A stretch of DNA of 64,000 nucleotides from the human T2T-CHM13v2.0 reference genome, Homo sapiens, in the NCBI RefSeq assembly GCF_009914755.1, contig NC_060926.1; one strand, given 5' to 3'. How positions within the stretch are numbered: the stretch's first letter is position 1; each line of letters opens with the position of its first letter. Positions 1 through 13,980 of this stretch are shown here, piece after piece. A program made the translations under genes and the position numbers. Below the pieces are notes generated by a model. The model saw nothing but the letters and a program-made list of their open reading frames with translations. It was not told the DNA's origin and did no database searches.

Positions 1-113
1 TGCTTGAACCCAGGAGGCGGAGGTTGCAGTGAGCCAAGATAGTGCCACTGCACTCCAGCCTGGGCAACACGGCGAGGCTCCATCTCAAACAAACAAACAA
101 ACAAACAAACAAA
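1..113 (+). mobile_element. Alu right arm (truncated by window edge) with (AAAC)n tail
   Basis: GAACCCAGGAGGCGGAGGTTGCAGTGAGCC...CACTCCAGCCTGGGCAAC followed by (AAAC)n. Confidence 0.95.
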
Positions 114-115
114 CA

Positions 116-1995
116 TGGTGAGGTGTAGATGGAGGTGGTGTGAGGTGTAAATGGAGGTGTGAGGTGTAGACAGAGATGATGAGGTTCATGTAGAGAGAGG
201 TGGTGAGATGTATATGGTGGTATGGGGTATAGATGGAGGTTCTGAGGTATTGACGGTGGTGTAAGGTGGAGATGGTGAGGTGTATATGGAAGTGATCAGA
301 TGTAGATGGAAGTGTGAGGTGTAGATGGGGGGTGAAGTGTAGATGGAAATGTGATATGTGAATGGAGGTGGTGAGGTTTACATGGAAGTGATGAGATGTA
401 GATGGAGGTGGTAAGTTGTAGACAGAGGTGTGAGGTGGAGATGGAGATGGTGAGGTAGTGTATGGTGGTGTGAAGTATAGATGGAGGTATGAGGTATACA
501 TGGTGATGAGGTGTGGACAAGGGTGGTGAGGTGTAGATGGTGATGGTGAGGTATAGATGGAGGTGTGTGGCGTAGGTATAGGTGGTGAGAGATAGGTGAG
601 GGTGGTGAGGTGTAGATGGTGGTCGTGAGGTGTAGATGGAGGTGGTGATATCTAGATGGAGGTAGCGAGGTCTAGATGGAGGTGTGTGATATAGGTGTAG
701 GTGATGAGGTATAGGTGAGGGTGGTGAGGTGTAGATGGTGATGGTGATGTCTAGATGGAGGTGATGAGGTCTAGATGGAGGAGTGTGGTGTAGGTGTAGG
801 TGGTGAGGTATAGGTGAGGGTGGTGAGGTCTAGATGGTGGTGAGGTCTAGATGGAGATGTGTGGTTTAGGTGTAGGTGGTGAGATACAGGTGAGGGTGGT
901 GAGGTGTAGATGGTGGTGGTGAGGTCTAGATGGAGATGTGTGGTTTAGGTGTAGGTGGTGAGATATAGGTGAGGGTGGTGAGGTGTAGATGGTGGTGGTG
1001 AGGTCTAGATGGAGGTGGTGAGGTCTAGATGGAGGTGTATGGTGTAAGTGTAGGTGGTGAGGTATAGGTGAGGTTGGTGAGGTATAGATGGTGGTGGTGA
1101 GGTCTAGATGGAGGTGGTGATGTCAGATGGAGGTGGTGAGGTCTAGATGGGGGTGGTGAGGTCTAGATGGAGGTGTGTGGTTTAGGTGTAGGTGGTGAGG
1201 TATAGGTGAGGGTGGTGAGGTCTAGATGGTGGTGGCAGTGAGGTCTATATGGAGGTGCTGATGTCTACATGGAGGTGGTGAGGTCTAGATGGAGGCAGTG
1301 AGGTCTAGATGGAGGCGGTGAGGTCTAGATGGAGGTGTATGGTGTAGGTGTAGGTGGTGAGGTATAGGTGAGGGTGGTGAGGTGTACATGGTGGTGATGA
1401 GGTCTAGATGGAGGTGGTGATGTCTAGCTGGAGGTGGTGAGGTCTGGATGTGGGTGGTGAGGTCTAGATGGAGGTGTGTGGTTTAGGTGTAGGTGGTGAG
1501 TTATAGGTGAGGGTGGTGAGGTGTAGATGGTGGTGGTGAGGTCTAGATGGAGGTGGTGATGTCTAGAAGGAGGTGGTGAGGTCTAGATGGAGGTGTGTGG
1601 TTTAGGTGTAGGTGGTGAGGTATAGGTGAGGGTGGTGAGGTGTAGATGGTGATAGTGACGTATAGATGGTGGTGGTGAGGTGTAGATGGAGGAGGTGAGG
1701 TCTAGATGGATGTGGTGAGGTCTAAATGGAGGTAGTGAGGTCTAGATGGAGGTGTGTGGTTTAGGTGTGGGTGGTGAGGTATAGGTGAGGGTGGTGAGGT
1801 CTAGATGGTGGTGGTGAGGTCTAGATGGAGGTGGTAATGTCTAGATGGAGGTGGTGACGTCTAGATGGAGGTGTGTGGTTTAGGTGTAGGTGGTGAGGTA
1901 TAGGTGAGGGTAGTGAGGTGTAGATGGTAGTGGTGAGGTGTGGATGAGGGTGTGATGTGTAGATAGAGGTGGCAAGGTGTAGATGGAGGATGTGG
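116..1995. repeat. G/T-rich minisatellite, ~20-bp core GGTGGTGAGGTCTAGATGGA with higher-order blocks
   Basis: Dozens of variant copies of the core, interspersed with GGTGTGTGGTTTAGGTGTAGGTGGTGAGGTATAGGTGAG; very few C on + strand. Confidence 0.93.
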
Positions 1996-3262
1996 AGGCA
2001 GTGATAGTGATGAAGGAAGGAGTTAGAAGGCCTTGTGCATGAAGAAATAGAAGATTGTTGTTGCTATTATGCTGATAAATGTGGAAGAACCTGTCCTCCT
2101 TTGATTACACATGTGAAATGGTGAAATTTCACCATTAGGAGTCTGGAGACCCTTATTCTTTCAGAGCCATGGTACCTTTGGGAAATCACCTCTCTGGGCC
2201 TCAGTGTTCTTGGAGCAGAGTTTGCTCTATTAAATGGCATTTGTCAGGGGGAAATCTACCTCTCTCCCTCCAAGCACTTTTGCCTCACCTTATAAAGTGG
2301 GAACTTCTGTCCTTGCTGCAGCCTTGAGAAAAGTACTCTCCACTTACTGCTCTACCTCTAAACTCATGCTATCTAGCAGAGGATGAGTGGTTCGTGTGCT
2401 TGGAGAATTGGAGCACATAAAATGGGCATATGTCATGACTCAGGTTCTTCTGGATTTCCTCCTTCTGGGAACAGCCTCCTCAGAGAAGGCCTGTGCTTCC
2501 CTCCTCTCCTCTTCTTTTCAACCTGCCCTAGGAAGGGCAGGTTCTTGCGTTGTGGGATAGGGGAGTCTTCCAGTTCTGGGTAGATAAGTTTCATTCTGAG
2601 GGAAAGAATTAGGAAGCCCAACTGTACATTCAAAACCACATTCTCCAATCAGCTTTAGCTGTCATAAATTTATTTTAGTTCCAGCTGCTGGACTTCTATA
2701 TCTTATTTCTCATTTGATTCTAAGCACAGAGGGGTTGTGAACAAGTCTCATTCTCAAAGTCCAGCACTGAAGAATTAGTAAAAGAGTCCACATAGACTGG
2801 GTTGGACTCAAGGATCTCTTAAGTTTCTTTGAAACTCTACTGCCCTATGATTCTATGTGTCTAAGTGAAATTATCGCTGAAGCAAAATAAACACATTGAC
2901 AGTTCTGGTCAGATGTTGGGACTCTTAATGGATAACTTCCCAAGCTCTGACTCCCTTCTTTCCTGCTTTTCAACTGCATGAAGACCTTTGATCTTCAGGC
3001 ATCTTCCTCTTCTCCCCATATACCAGCTCCTCATGGCTTCATTTACTTCCCCTTCTGGTCTGGACATCATAATGAATCCTTTCCTCTCTTCTCTCATTGA
3101 TACTCATAACCTCTTATTCCTGCCCTGCCAATCTCTTGGGCAAAATCAGTCCATTCGTTAACTTTTTCCTCCTGCACAAAGTACTCTTTTGTCTCTGGAA
3201 AAAGCCTGTCTTCAGTGGGAGAGAGAAAAGCCAATACACAGAATGGCAGAGGGGTGTCCATT

Positions 3263-3327
3263 TGTGTGTGTGTGTGTGTGTGTGCGTGTGTGTGCGCATG
3301 TATGTGCATGAAAGAGAGAGAGAGATG
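3263..3327. repeat. (TG)n followed by (AG)n microsatellite
   Basis: Direct reading. Confidence 0.9.
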
Positions 3328-3622
3328 AGGAGGGAGAGAAAGACCTAGTCCTGTGATGTGTATGGCCAACCTCATCCCTGCCCTTCCCTGTGGTTTAGTT
3401 TTGTAAGCCAAAAAATGTTGAGAGAAGATATGGTTACCCCTTTTCTCTCTGCTCCCTGTCCTCTGGCCTCCTTCCATGTTACAGCCAAGGACATGCCAAG
3501 CCAGCCACTCAGCTGTGGCACTGAAGTAAATGCTTGGGGGATACTGTCAACTCTTCCTCACCACCAGAGTGGTAACAGCTGAGGCTCATGCACTGGTCTT
3601 GGGGAAAGGGAAAGAACTGGCC

Positions 3623-3843
3623 CCAGTGTTCCTCAGCCACAGGTGTCTTCCCCTGGGCACATCTGGCAATGTCTGGATCTATTTTGGTTATACTGGAGGG
3701 AAGGTCACTACTGGAGGGAGAGTACTTCTGGCCTCTAGTGGGTAGTGGTCAGAAATGCTGCTAACGTCCTACAAGGATGGCCCCCACAACAAAAAAATTA
3801 TCTGACCCCAACTATCAATGGTGCCATGATCAAGAAATCCTGG
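3623..3843 (+). mobile_element. MER20-like DNA transposon fossil
   Basis: CATCTGGCAATGTCTGGA...CTCTAGTGGGTAG...TGCTGCTAA...CCCCACAAC motifs recalled from MER20. Confidence 0.7.
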
Positions 3844-3958
3844 ATTAGGGCATTCAGTCTCTGGTTCTAGGCTCTCACTCAGGCAAAAGGAGCACTCAAC
3901 ATAGGCCCACCTCACTCGCCAGGGATCTGCCAGGAGAGGGAGCTAAAGATTCTTAGTA

Positions 3959-4264
3959 CAGTTGGCCCTCTATATCCACAGGTTCCTAACCCAAGGAGTC
4001 AACAAACAGCAGACCAAAAATATTTGAAAAAATAAAAATAAATAACAATACAACAATAAAAAATAATACTCCCAAAATACAGTATAAAAAACTATTTACA
4101 TAGCATTTACATTGTATTAGGTATTCGAAGTAATCTAGAGATGATTTAAGATAAACAGAGGATTGCATAGGTCACATTTTATGTGAAGGACTTGAGCATC
4201 TTCAGATTATGATATCTACGGGTGGTCCTGGCACCAATCCCTTGCAGATGCTGAGGGATGACTG
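3959..4264. mobile_element. MER2/Tigger-type DNA transposon fossil
   Basis: TIR-like ends CAGTTGGCCCTC...GAGGGATGACTG, preceded by TA; internal ATAGCATTTACATTGTATTAGGTATT. Confidence 0.7.
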
Positions 4265-4585
4265 TTTGACCTCTGTGCCTCCATTTTCTTCAGATACCTG
4301 GTGGACAGTGATGGCTGCTCACTGGGACGGATTCCCTTCCATCTCCTGGCTAAATGCCATCTGAACCCTACCTGGGTTTGACATCTGAAAGGATTTAGGT
4401 AGGTCTGACCTAGGACCATGGCATGGGGGCAAAATTCTTTGAAGAAAATAGCAGCTTCCTACCCTGGAAAGGCCTGCGGGACTTAGGCCCTTGTTAATGG
4501 GACTAAGGATTCATTTGGGGGCCCTGGCAGGCTTATCTAGAACCTTTACCCACAAGAAGTTCCCCACAGGCTGGGCAGTACTCAC

Positions 4586-4736
4586 CACAGTATGTGCAAT
4601 TTTTGGCTTCCAGATTGTTTGTGCCAAGCTTTGGCAGGTGGTACAATATTGGCTGCCCCAGATTCTTGTCTGCTTTAGCTGTTTCTGAACCATGTCCAGG
4701 GTTGAGAAGGGAACATACTGTGATGGTGTCAGCACT
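4586..4736 (-). other. SLC4A5: Non-coding 5'UTR exon (151 nt), probably SLC4A5
   Basis: Acceptor CCTTTTTTCACCTTCCTGCAG and donor GTG|GTGAGT; gene identity from recalled synteny with DCTN1. Confidence 0.65.
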
Positions 4737-5664
4737 CTGCAGGAAGGTGAAAAAAGGTGAGAGATATGTTAAAGAGAAGCTGAGACATTGTAAGAGGCCA
4801 AGCCCAGGTGATGCTGTGGAGGAGTTCTCTTTCTTCACCACCCCTATCTACTTCCCAATCGCTGCTGTGGCCTATGGACTCGGCTCACTCTACAGCAGCC
4901 ACGACGCAAGTCTTGCTGTTCCTCTAACACCCCAGGCTCATTCCCACCTCAGGACCTTTGCACTTACTGTTTCCCTAATCTTCAGCCTGACTTGCTACCT
5001 CGTGTATTCAACTATTTGGTCAAATGCCATCTACCCAAGAAAACCTTCCCTGACCAGCCCATCTAAAATGCCCCTCTCTGGTCATTAACTCTGCTTTATT
5101 TGTCTAAATGGCATTTCTATCCAAAACCACAGTATGTGTTTATTCATTTGTTCACTTTTTGTCTGTTCCTCCAATATGGCAGAAAGTTTGTCTTATTCAC
5201 TGATGTATCTCTGATACCTAGAATAGAGCCTGGCTCATAAATGATTGGGTCCAAATCCTGACTCAACTAACTGTGGCATCTTGGACAACTTCTTTTTTTT
5301 TTCACTGCAATTTCCTCAACTGAAAAAAAATGCGAATAATAATTATATCTACCTCAATGGTTATCTGAATCAATGTGAAACCTTAGGTCAATGTCTGGCC
5401 CACAGGGAATAGTTAGTATTAACTAATAATATTATTATAATTATTACACCCTCAGGAAGAAGCTCACATGTGTATCCTGAGGAGGCGGGGAGGGGGATGA
5501 GCAGTATTCCTAGCAGCTTGCAGGAGCAGAGAGTCTTTTTTGCTTCTCCAGGAACCAAGTCCTGTTCTCCCCTCTTGCCTGCTCTCTGCTGCCCTCTGGA
5601 GGTCTGCAGTGGAGTCAGGCAGGGAGCTGATTCAGGGACGCCACAGATTATGTATCCTCCACTT

Positions 5665-5768
5665 CCTATGGGATAGCTGCTATCATTCCCATTTTACAGA
5701 TGAGGAAACCACTTCTCACAGTTGTAAGTAACTTGCCCAAAGTCATGTGATCTCCTGCTCTTAATCAC
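5665..5768 (-). repeat. MIR segment; near-identical inverted copy of 6967-7066
   Basis: Reverse complement matches apart from a 4-nt GTAA indel. Confidence 0.85.
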
Positions 5769-6525
5769 ATGATGAAGAATGAGACATTGCTGGATGACAG
5801 TCTCTCTACTTAAGCAAGCTAGAGCCCACGGAGGCATCTTGGGCCTTGGCAGAGCTGCCACTGGAGCCATCATTTGGCACACACTATTGGGAATCATTGA
5901 GGCCACAGAGGAAATGTGGGTACCTAGGAACTCGTTCTTCAGACAGATCCCCAAATGGACCCAGAAACAGCATGCAGCCAAGCAAGGGCTGGCCCCTTCC
6001 TTCCCCTCTCCCCAGGCTGTACTTCCTTAGCCAAAGGACAGTTCTCTGATCACCTCAGCCAACCTGAGCTACCCTGGAAAGCTACTTCTCACCCTGTGCC
6101 CCTGTGCCTCTCTCTCAGAGCGTATGTCACTGGCTGGGCCAAATGATCTTCATGTCAACCTAAAATAAGAGGGCTATGGAAAGACATAGCCTCTAGAGAC
6201 ATCTGGGAGCTGATTAACTAATAAGAACCTGGAGACACCAGCACTGTCTGATCAAAAGATACAATGGAGGAAAAGATTTCATTTTCAATAAAAACAAAAA
6301 CCCTAAAACATCTAGAAATAAACTCGCCTAGAAATGCATGTTTTATATGAGGACACGTGGCAAAACTTTGCTAAGAAACACATAATAAGACATCATATTT
6401 CTGGATGGGAAAACTGAATAGGGCAAATATGCTTAAGTTCAGACATTTATATATATTTTAAATACAATTCCAAGGGCATTTTGAATGAAAATGACCAAAA
6501 AATCATGGCTAAAGTATGAGCTTAG

Positions 6526-7150
<625 letters not shown>

Positions 7151-8884
7151 TTATCCTCATTTACAGACGAAAAAACTAAAGCTTAGAGAGGATAACATAA
7201 TTTGCCCAAGTTCACACAGCTGATAACTGGCTGCCCTGGCCTGGGGGATGGGAATAGGGAGTCTTGCCTACAAGATCTGAAAAATTATAAAATCATAATA
7301 GTTAAAACAGGAAGCACATCTTGTATAAGATATTTTTATATGCCTTGCAAGATTATGTTCTGAAATATTAGCCAATGCCTTCTCCAGCCTGATACTCCCC
7401 TTACCTCTCTCCCTTCCCTGCCTCAAATAGCCAGGCCATTCTATGCTCATTGCTGCAGGGAAGGTGTGTGAAAACAGAAAGAAGAGGTAAGGAGCCTCTT
7501 TCCTTAGGGGAATAGAAGAGACTTCTGGCCTAGACCTAGACCAAAGTGTGGGAGAAAATGGTCATGAGAAAGATCAAGGCATTCCCTGCCCCTCACTCAT
7601 ATCCAAGAATAATTCCCCAGGGCAAGGACAAAGGCTGGAGGGAAGTTGAGAAACATTGACTTTGCTAGGTCCTGGAGGCTGAGGTCCCAATCCCCGCTCC
7701 CTGGACTGAGCCCCACAGAGAAAGCAGCATCCCTCACAATCTGTGGATCTGAGAGCAGGGAACAGAACAGCTGCTGGGTGTATCTAGGCCAAGAGGACCC
7801 CAGGCAAGCTCCCTGAGTGAGGCTGCTTGAAGAGGTGGAGAGGGACTTTGACCTCCACAATAACCTGCAGGCACCAACGACCCAGGACCAGATGGGACAA
7901 GGATAGATGACATGAAGGGCAGGACCCTTTGTAGGTCACTGAGAGTCTAGAACCCTGCACTCCACCCCACCCCAAACCCAAAATGGAAACTGCAAAGGAA
8001 ACTCAGAACTGACTGGGATTAAGGGTCAGCACCTTTTTAAAGAGCGGGGCTCAAGTACAGATGAAGGAGAATTTTATAAACAAACTAATTTTTTTACACA
8101 CTTGAGTTTATGGGCCGAAACTGGTATTCTAAAGGATAAAGTTTTAAGAAAATAGTGTTAGGGAAATGCACTGTTTAAAAAATCCATTTAGAAGAGAAGC
8201 TTGGGCAGCGGACAAAGGCAGCAACTTAAATCATTCGCAGGGCTCAGCACATATTATTGATCTCTGCTCCGAAATTAAATGTAATTGTTCCTTAAGATTG
8301 AGCTTGAATTTGCATCCCGATCTGCCTTGGACAGTAACTATCTGCCCCTGTTGTCTTGGCTTCATAATTAGTTGTGCTCCTTTCATTCTCAAAAGGGTCC
8401 CATTTTGAGCAGTAAATTATGTGGTTATTCTGCCTAAGATCTTTAAATGAGAGTGATCCCATGGGTGGGCTGACTCTGAACTAGGTATTGTGAAACAGAA
8501 AGTAAGGCTTTCCAGGCAGGTGTGGCTGGAGCCCAGTGGCGCCTGACATGGAGCCTCTGGAGGGCAGAGAACCTCAGCTGGATGGGAAAGGAAGGTAAGG
8601 TAAAGGGCAGGTGGGGCGTCAAGAGAGGGTCAGGTGCTTGGTAGTTAATAGGACAGTGGCGAGATCAGAGTAGAATGTTTGAATTTAATATTTCAGAGAT
8701 GGAGCAGCTAAGGATAATGGTGTGGCCCAGGTTTTGACCATAGGCATAGGAGGGAGAAATGGAGGCAAATGGAGGCCTGATTTTGTTTGGGGACAGGAAC
8801 TGGGCACTGGGGAGACACATGGATGGGGGTTTGTCTCTACTCTTGTACTCTTCAAATTTTGAATCTTGTAACTGTGTTATTTTA

Positions 8885-9400
<516 letters not shown>

Positions 9401-9413
9401 AAAATGGACATAC

Positions 9414-9462
9414 CTTTTGGTAGCAGCAACTCTTTATCTGGAAGGTTATCTTACACTCCCAC
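9414..9462 (-). other. SLC4A5: Non-coding 5'UTR exon (49 nt), probably SLC4A5
   Basis: Acceptor CTCTGTTTTTGTCCACAG and donor AAG|GTATGT; identity from synteny. Confidence 0.6.
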
Positions 9463-9802
9463 CTGTGGACAAAAACAGAGATGTGGTTTGGGACAGTTAC
9501 TCACCTCCCTGTGCTTATGTCACAGTTGTAGTGAGAATTAAATATGATACATGGGAAGGATTTTAACAAGGGCCTGGCACATGGTAAGCATTCAGGAAAT
9601 GCTGGCTGTTATCATCCGAGCATTGTTCACAGTGGCAAAACATTGGAAACAACCTGAATGTCCATGAATAAAGGACTGATTTTAAAAAAGAAAGAAAGAA
9701 AAACAAGTTTTGTCTCTACTTTGGAAAACCATGAACCTTTTAAATAGAATGAGGATATTCTTTAAATGGTGCTATGGAATGATTTTTTTAGAAATATTGT
9801 TA

Positions 9803-9994
9803 GGGGAGGGAGAGCATCAGGAAGAACAGCTAATATTTGCTGGGCTTAATATCTAGGTAATGGGATGATCTGTGCAGCAAACCACCATGGCATACATTTA
9901 CCTATGTAACAAACCTGCACATCTGGCATATGTACCCCTGAACTTAAAATAAAAGTTGAAGAAAAAAATAAATAGATTTTTAAATTTTTAAAAA
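9803..9994 (+). mobile_element. 5'-truncated L1PA 3' end with TSD AGAAATATTGTTA
   Basis: GCAGCAAACCACCATGGC...ACCTATGTAACAAACCTGCAC, A-rich tail, flanking duplication. Confidence 0.85.
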
Positions 9995-10239
9995 AGAAAT
10001 ATTGTTAAGTAGGAAAAAGGGAAAGTGTAGAAGAGTGCTTATGGCTGTCATCATGCCTGTGTAGAGGGTGCCTATGGGTACAGTATGGTCTCTCCAGGGA
10101 AGAGGTCACAGAAACTGGTTACAGTGATGCTTCCTGGGAGGGGAACTTGGAGGTCGGGGCTCAGGGAACTCTATGACTTCTTGTACCTTTTATATTGTCC
10201 ACCATACAGAGGTATTCCCTATTCAAGAACAATTAAGTA

Positions 10240-10790
10240 AATTCCACTTCTGGGTATACACCCAAGAAAACTGAAAACCAGGATTCAAACAGATAGTTAT
10301 ATCCCAATGTGCATATCAGCATTCTTCACAATAGCTAAAAGGTAGAAACAACCTAAATATTCATCAACAGATGGATAAATAAAATGTGGTACATACATAC
10401 AATCGTGATTCAGCCTTAAAAAGGAATAAAATTCAGACACATGCTACAACATGAATGAACTTAAGGACATCACGCTAAGTGAAATAAGCCAGACACAAAA
10501 GGACAAATACTGTATGAGTCCACTTATAGAGGTACCTAGAATTGTCAGATTTATAGATACAGAGAGTAGATTAATGGCTACCAGGGCCTGGGGCAGTGAG
10601 AAATGGGGAGTTAGTGTTTAATGGGTATAAAGTTTCAGTTGGGAATGATGAAAAAGTTCTGGAAATGGATGGTGGTGATGGTTGTATTACAGAACAATGT
10701 GAATATAATTAATGCCACTGAATTGTACATTCAAAAATAGTTAAAATGGTCAATCTTATGCTTATTTTGCCATAAAAGGAAATCATTTTA
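10240..10790 (+). mobile_element. Old L1 (L1M-type) 3' fragment
   Basis: AATTCCACTTCTGGGTATA...AAAATGTGGTACATACATACAAT...GCTAAGTGAAATAAGCCAG. Confidence 0.8.
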
Positions 10791-11581
10791 ATAAAAATAT
10801 TTCTTTATCACTTTGATTGGAGCTATGTTAAATGTAGATTAATCACAAAGAGCTGTGTTGTATGAGCAACAACAAAAAACAGTCCTATCCAAAAAAGCGC
10901 TTTTGTTCTCCAAATTCTGGCATTTTCTATGCTAGGCAGGCCTGCTCTGCTTTGCTGGCTGGCTTTTTGGGGGTTCATGTTACTGAGCAGCGATGAAAGG
11001 CTGAACCAGGACCAGGGGAAGAGGGTAGCTTCATCCAAGATGGAGGAGAAATGGGCAGGAAAGAGATGATGGGTGGGGGCAGAAGCAGAGAAATTCCCAT
11101 GGGGCCATGAGGATGAGATAAATGGGGTGGGTGTAGGAAAGGAATTTCCTACAGGGGTGGAAAAAGCTGGCCTTTGAGGGGAGTAACAGAGGAGTTACAG
11201 CAAGAATCTGTAAAAGAATCACCATGTTCCACTGGTGAGCTGGAGATCACAAACGTATAGTTTTCATATTCTTCTCACCTCTTCTCTTCCAGGCAACAAC
11301 CCTGACGGGGTTGAGGACCCTGGTTAGCTAAATAAGTGAGGAAGAGTGGAAACCAGGGACTCCCCATCCAGACCACCATCCACCACGGGCCTCTGTTCTT
11401 TAGCAGCACCAGAAGAGGCTCCACTCCAAGTCAAGATTGAAGTGGTATCTTTAGGTAGGACTGGAAATTATAATTATTAAAATGAGACTGAGACCAAGGG
11501 TGGCTGGAACAACCTTGTGACTTGCCTAAATTCCATTCAGGGGCAAAGCAAGAGCTAGTCCCACCGAATAAATGTAAAAGA

Positions 11582-11883
11582 GGCTGGGTGCAGTGGCTCA
11601 CGCCTGTAATCTCAACACTTTGGGAGGCCGAGGTGGGTGGATCGCCTGAGGTCAGGAGTTCGAGACCAGCCTGGTCAACATGGTGAAACCCCATCTCTAC
11701 TAAAAATACAAAAATTAGTTGGGCGTGGTGGTGGGTGCCTACAACCACAGCTACTCAGGAGGCTGAGGCAGGAGAATCGCTTGAACTCAGGAGGTGGAGG
11801 TTGCAGCGAGCCAATTATTGTGCCACTGCACTCCAGCCTAGCGACAGAGCGAGACTCCATCTCAAAAAAAAAAAAAAAAAAAG
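11582..11883 (+). mobile_element. AluS-like element
   Basis: Full dimer, poly-A, TSD TAAATGTAAAAGA. Confidence 0.95.
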
Positions 11884-13016
11884 AGTAAATGTAAAAGAGC
11901 AGTAAGAGACAAAAATCAAGCTGCTTTCTGATTTTACCACATAAGTCATGTTTGTTCAATGGAACAGTGCACATTAGCTTTAATTGTTAATTAACACGCA
12001 TCTGTTAAATAACCTTGTATCTGACTTTGGATTTTAAGCTTTCTGAGGGCAAGGACCATGTGCTGTTTAACCCCACACTGTTCCCACAGCCTGGCAAAGT
12101 GCCTCAAATTTACACAGGGGGCACTGAGATGGCTGCTGAGTGAATTGCTGACCAAGAGGGACTGCCCCACATCAGGCAGCCCATGCCATTACTGTGCTCA
12201 CACTGTGCCCGACACAGAGCAAGGGATCATAAGTCCTGGGTGGCTTGAATTGACTCTTCCTAAAAAAAGAGTCTGTGATCTAGGAAGTCCAATATAAAAA
12301 GATGTTGCGGATTGCCCAGACTTAGAGTAAGAGGGGCAGAAATGAAGTAGGCATGGATGGTAATTTTGTTTTTCCATCAGGGCTGCTCTTACTCTGGAGT
12401 AAGGAGAGGAAGGCTAAGACACAAAAGGGGGACTCCGCCCAACCCAGCTTATGTCCTGTGATACCAGAAGGGAGCATTGCAATGACCTATTAAACCTCAA
12501 ACCAAGCTGAATCCATTTCTGAGTAAGAGACTCTTACAGGGCTCCTGTCTTCAAAACTATATAAAATTGCTCAAATTATGTACTTCTGAGATAATAAATT
12601 AGCAGAAGAAGCACATAGCCCACCTCTTAAGATAGGGAAGTAGATCTGAAGTAGCTCAAGAAACAAAGTTTTCTACAGATGAAGGATGAGGGAAGGAAAC
12701 CCAAGACCAGTTGATTCTGGTTTGGGAAATGATAACACTGGAGAACACACTCTACTATCTGTTTCTTGTGACATCCTTTGTGCTAAAGTTATCTCCTTTG
12801 TTGGCATGGCCACCATCCCTACTTCTAGTGCAGTGGAGATGTATGAGTGTCTCCATTGCTAAGTGTTTAGTTACTCAAGATAAACTTGACTGGAGAGGGT
12901 GTGGGCAGGCATTCAGTCAAGCAACAAGCCACTCACTGAGTGCCACCAATGGTGTGGGAAAAGATGACTCTCCTTAGACTGGTCCATCCAAAATAAAGGA
13001 GGTGGGGAGAGCATAC

Positions 13017-13070
13017 CTGGGTGGTCTTCAGGGTACTCCTGGAAACATCCATCAGCTCATGAGCTCACAG
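13017..13070 (-). other. SLC4A5: Non-coding 5'UTR exon, probably SLC4A5 (acceptor position uncertain)
   Basis: Donor CAG|GTATGC at 13017/13016; several possible AGs upstream. Confidence 0.45.
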
Positions 13071-13914
13071 CTGAATTCCAAATCCTGGGATGCCTGCTTG
13101 GAGGGAGGGTAAAACACCATTTCTCAGGGACAGAAGCCCACAAAGCTAAGGGCACTGGGTTTCTAAGTCAGGATTTCATCACGGCTGGATGACCCTTTTT
13201 TAAGGAAAGCCAGCTGATCTCCAGGACTCCTGATACATAAGAGCTATGCAGTCTGTCACTTCTAGGGAGAGAGATGGGGACTAGCTCTGGTTCCTCATGC
13301 GTTCCTTCCCTCTCACTCCCTAAAGACCTCAAGAAACAGATCCTTGGTAACAATGCCTTCTTTGGGCCAGAAAGCTTAGTTGAAGTGTGGATTCTTATAC
13401 AAGTCTCATGTTTTCTGGACTCCTAGGAGACTCAGAGGAGACACCATAGGTAACCCTTATTGAATTGGAAGAAGTGTGAAGTACTATCAACCACTGAGAC
13501 TCCCATGGCTCAAGAATATGCACAGAGGTCTAACTAGATATAGGTCTCAGCCCCTGACTTTAGAAGTCTGACATTCCACAGATATGCACACACTACACGC
13601 TCCCCTCACAGAGGAAACTGGAGTAGGGGGACACAGCAGAACAAAATCGCAACACTACTACAGGAAAACCTCGTCATTCCGTTACTTGTCCTTTGCTATG
13701 TTGGAATAGTTATAGATTAGTTTCAACAATCAGGTTACTCCTTATCTTTGCTCTAAGTCTTGTACAGGCCTTTAGCAAAAAGCAATAAAATTCTCATCTG
13801 ACTCTTGGTGGGCTGGGGAATCTGCCTATTCTATTCAGTTGGTTCACTCACATCTCCAAACCAGAACCTACAACCACTCTGTAACTTTATTTATGTAAAA
13901 TCCACTCTACTTAC

Positions 13915-13980
13915 CCCAGTGCAGTGGCCTGTGGCTCCTGGGCCCTGACTCCAATTCCTTTAGGGTGGACCTTGCAGTTG
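13915..13980 (-). other. SLC4A5: Probable first (non-coding) exon of SLC4A5; TSS approximate
   Basis: Strong donor GGG|GTAAGT at 13915/13914; position matches recalled distance from the DCTN1 3' end. Confidence 0.55.

Noticed and set aside
116-1995. CRISPR-like array, or real ORFs (85..501, 296..520)
   Set aside because: Units are tandem with no unique spacers, the context is eukaryotic, and the His/Ser/Thr-rich ORFs are by-products of low-complexity sequence
2909-3477. Minus-strand ORFs sharing EDRLF with the ORF in DCTN1 intron 26
   Set aside because: Only ~15 nt match (GAAGACAGGCTTTTT) with unrelated flanks; compatible with chance and no recognisable protein
4594-5088. 164-aa plus-strand ORF
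   Set aside because: No recognisable domain, non-ATG start, and the 3' half runs into L2-like repeat
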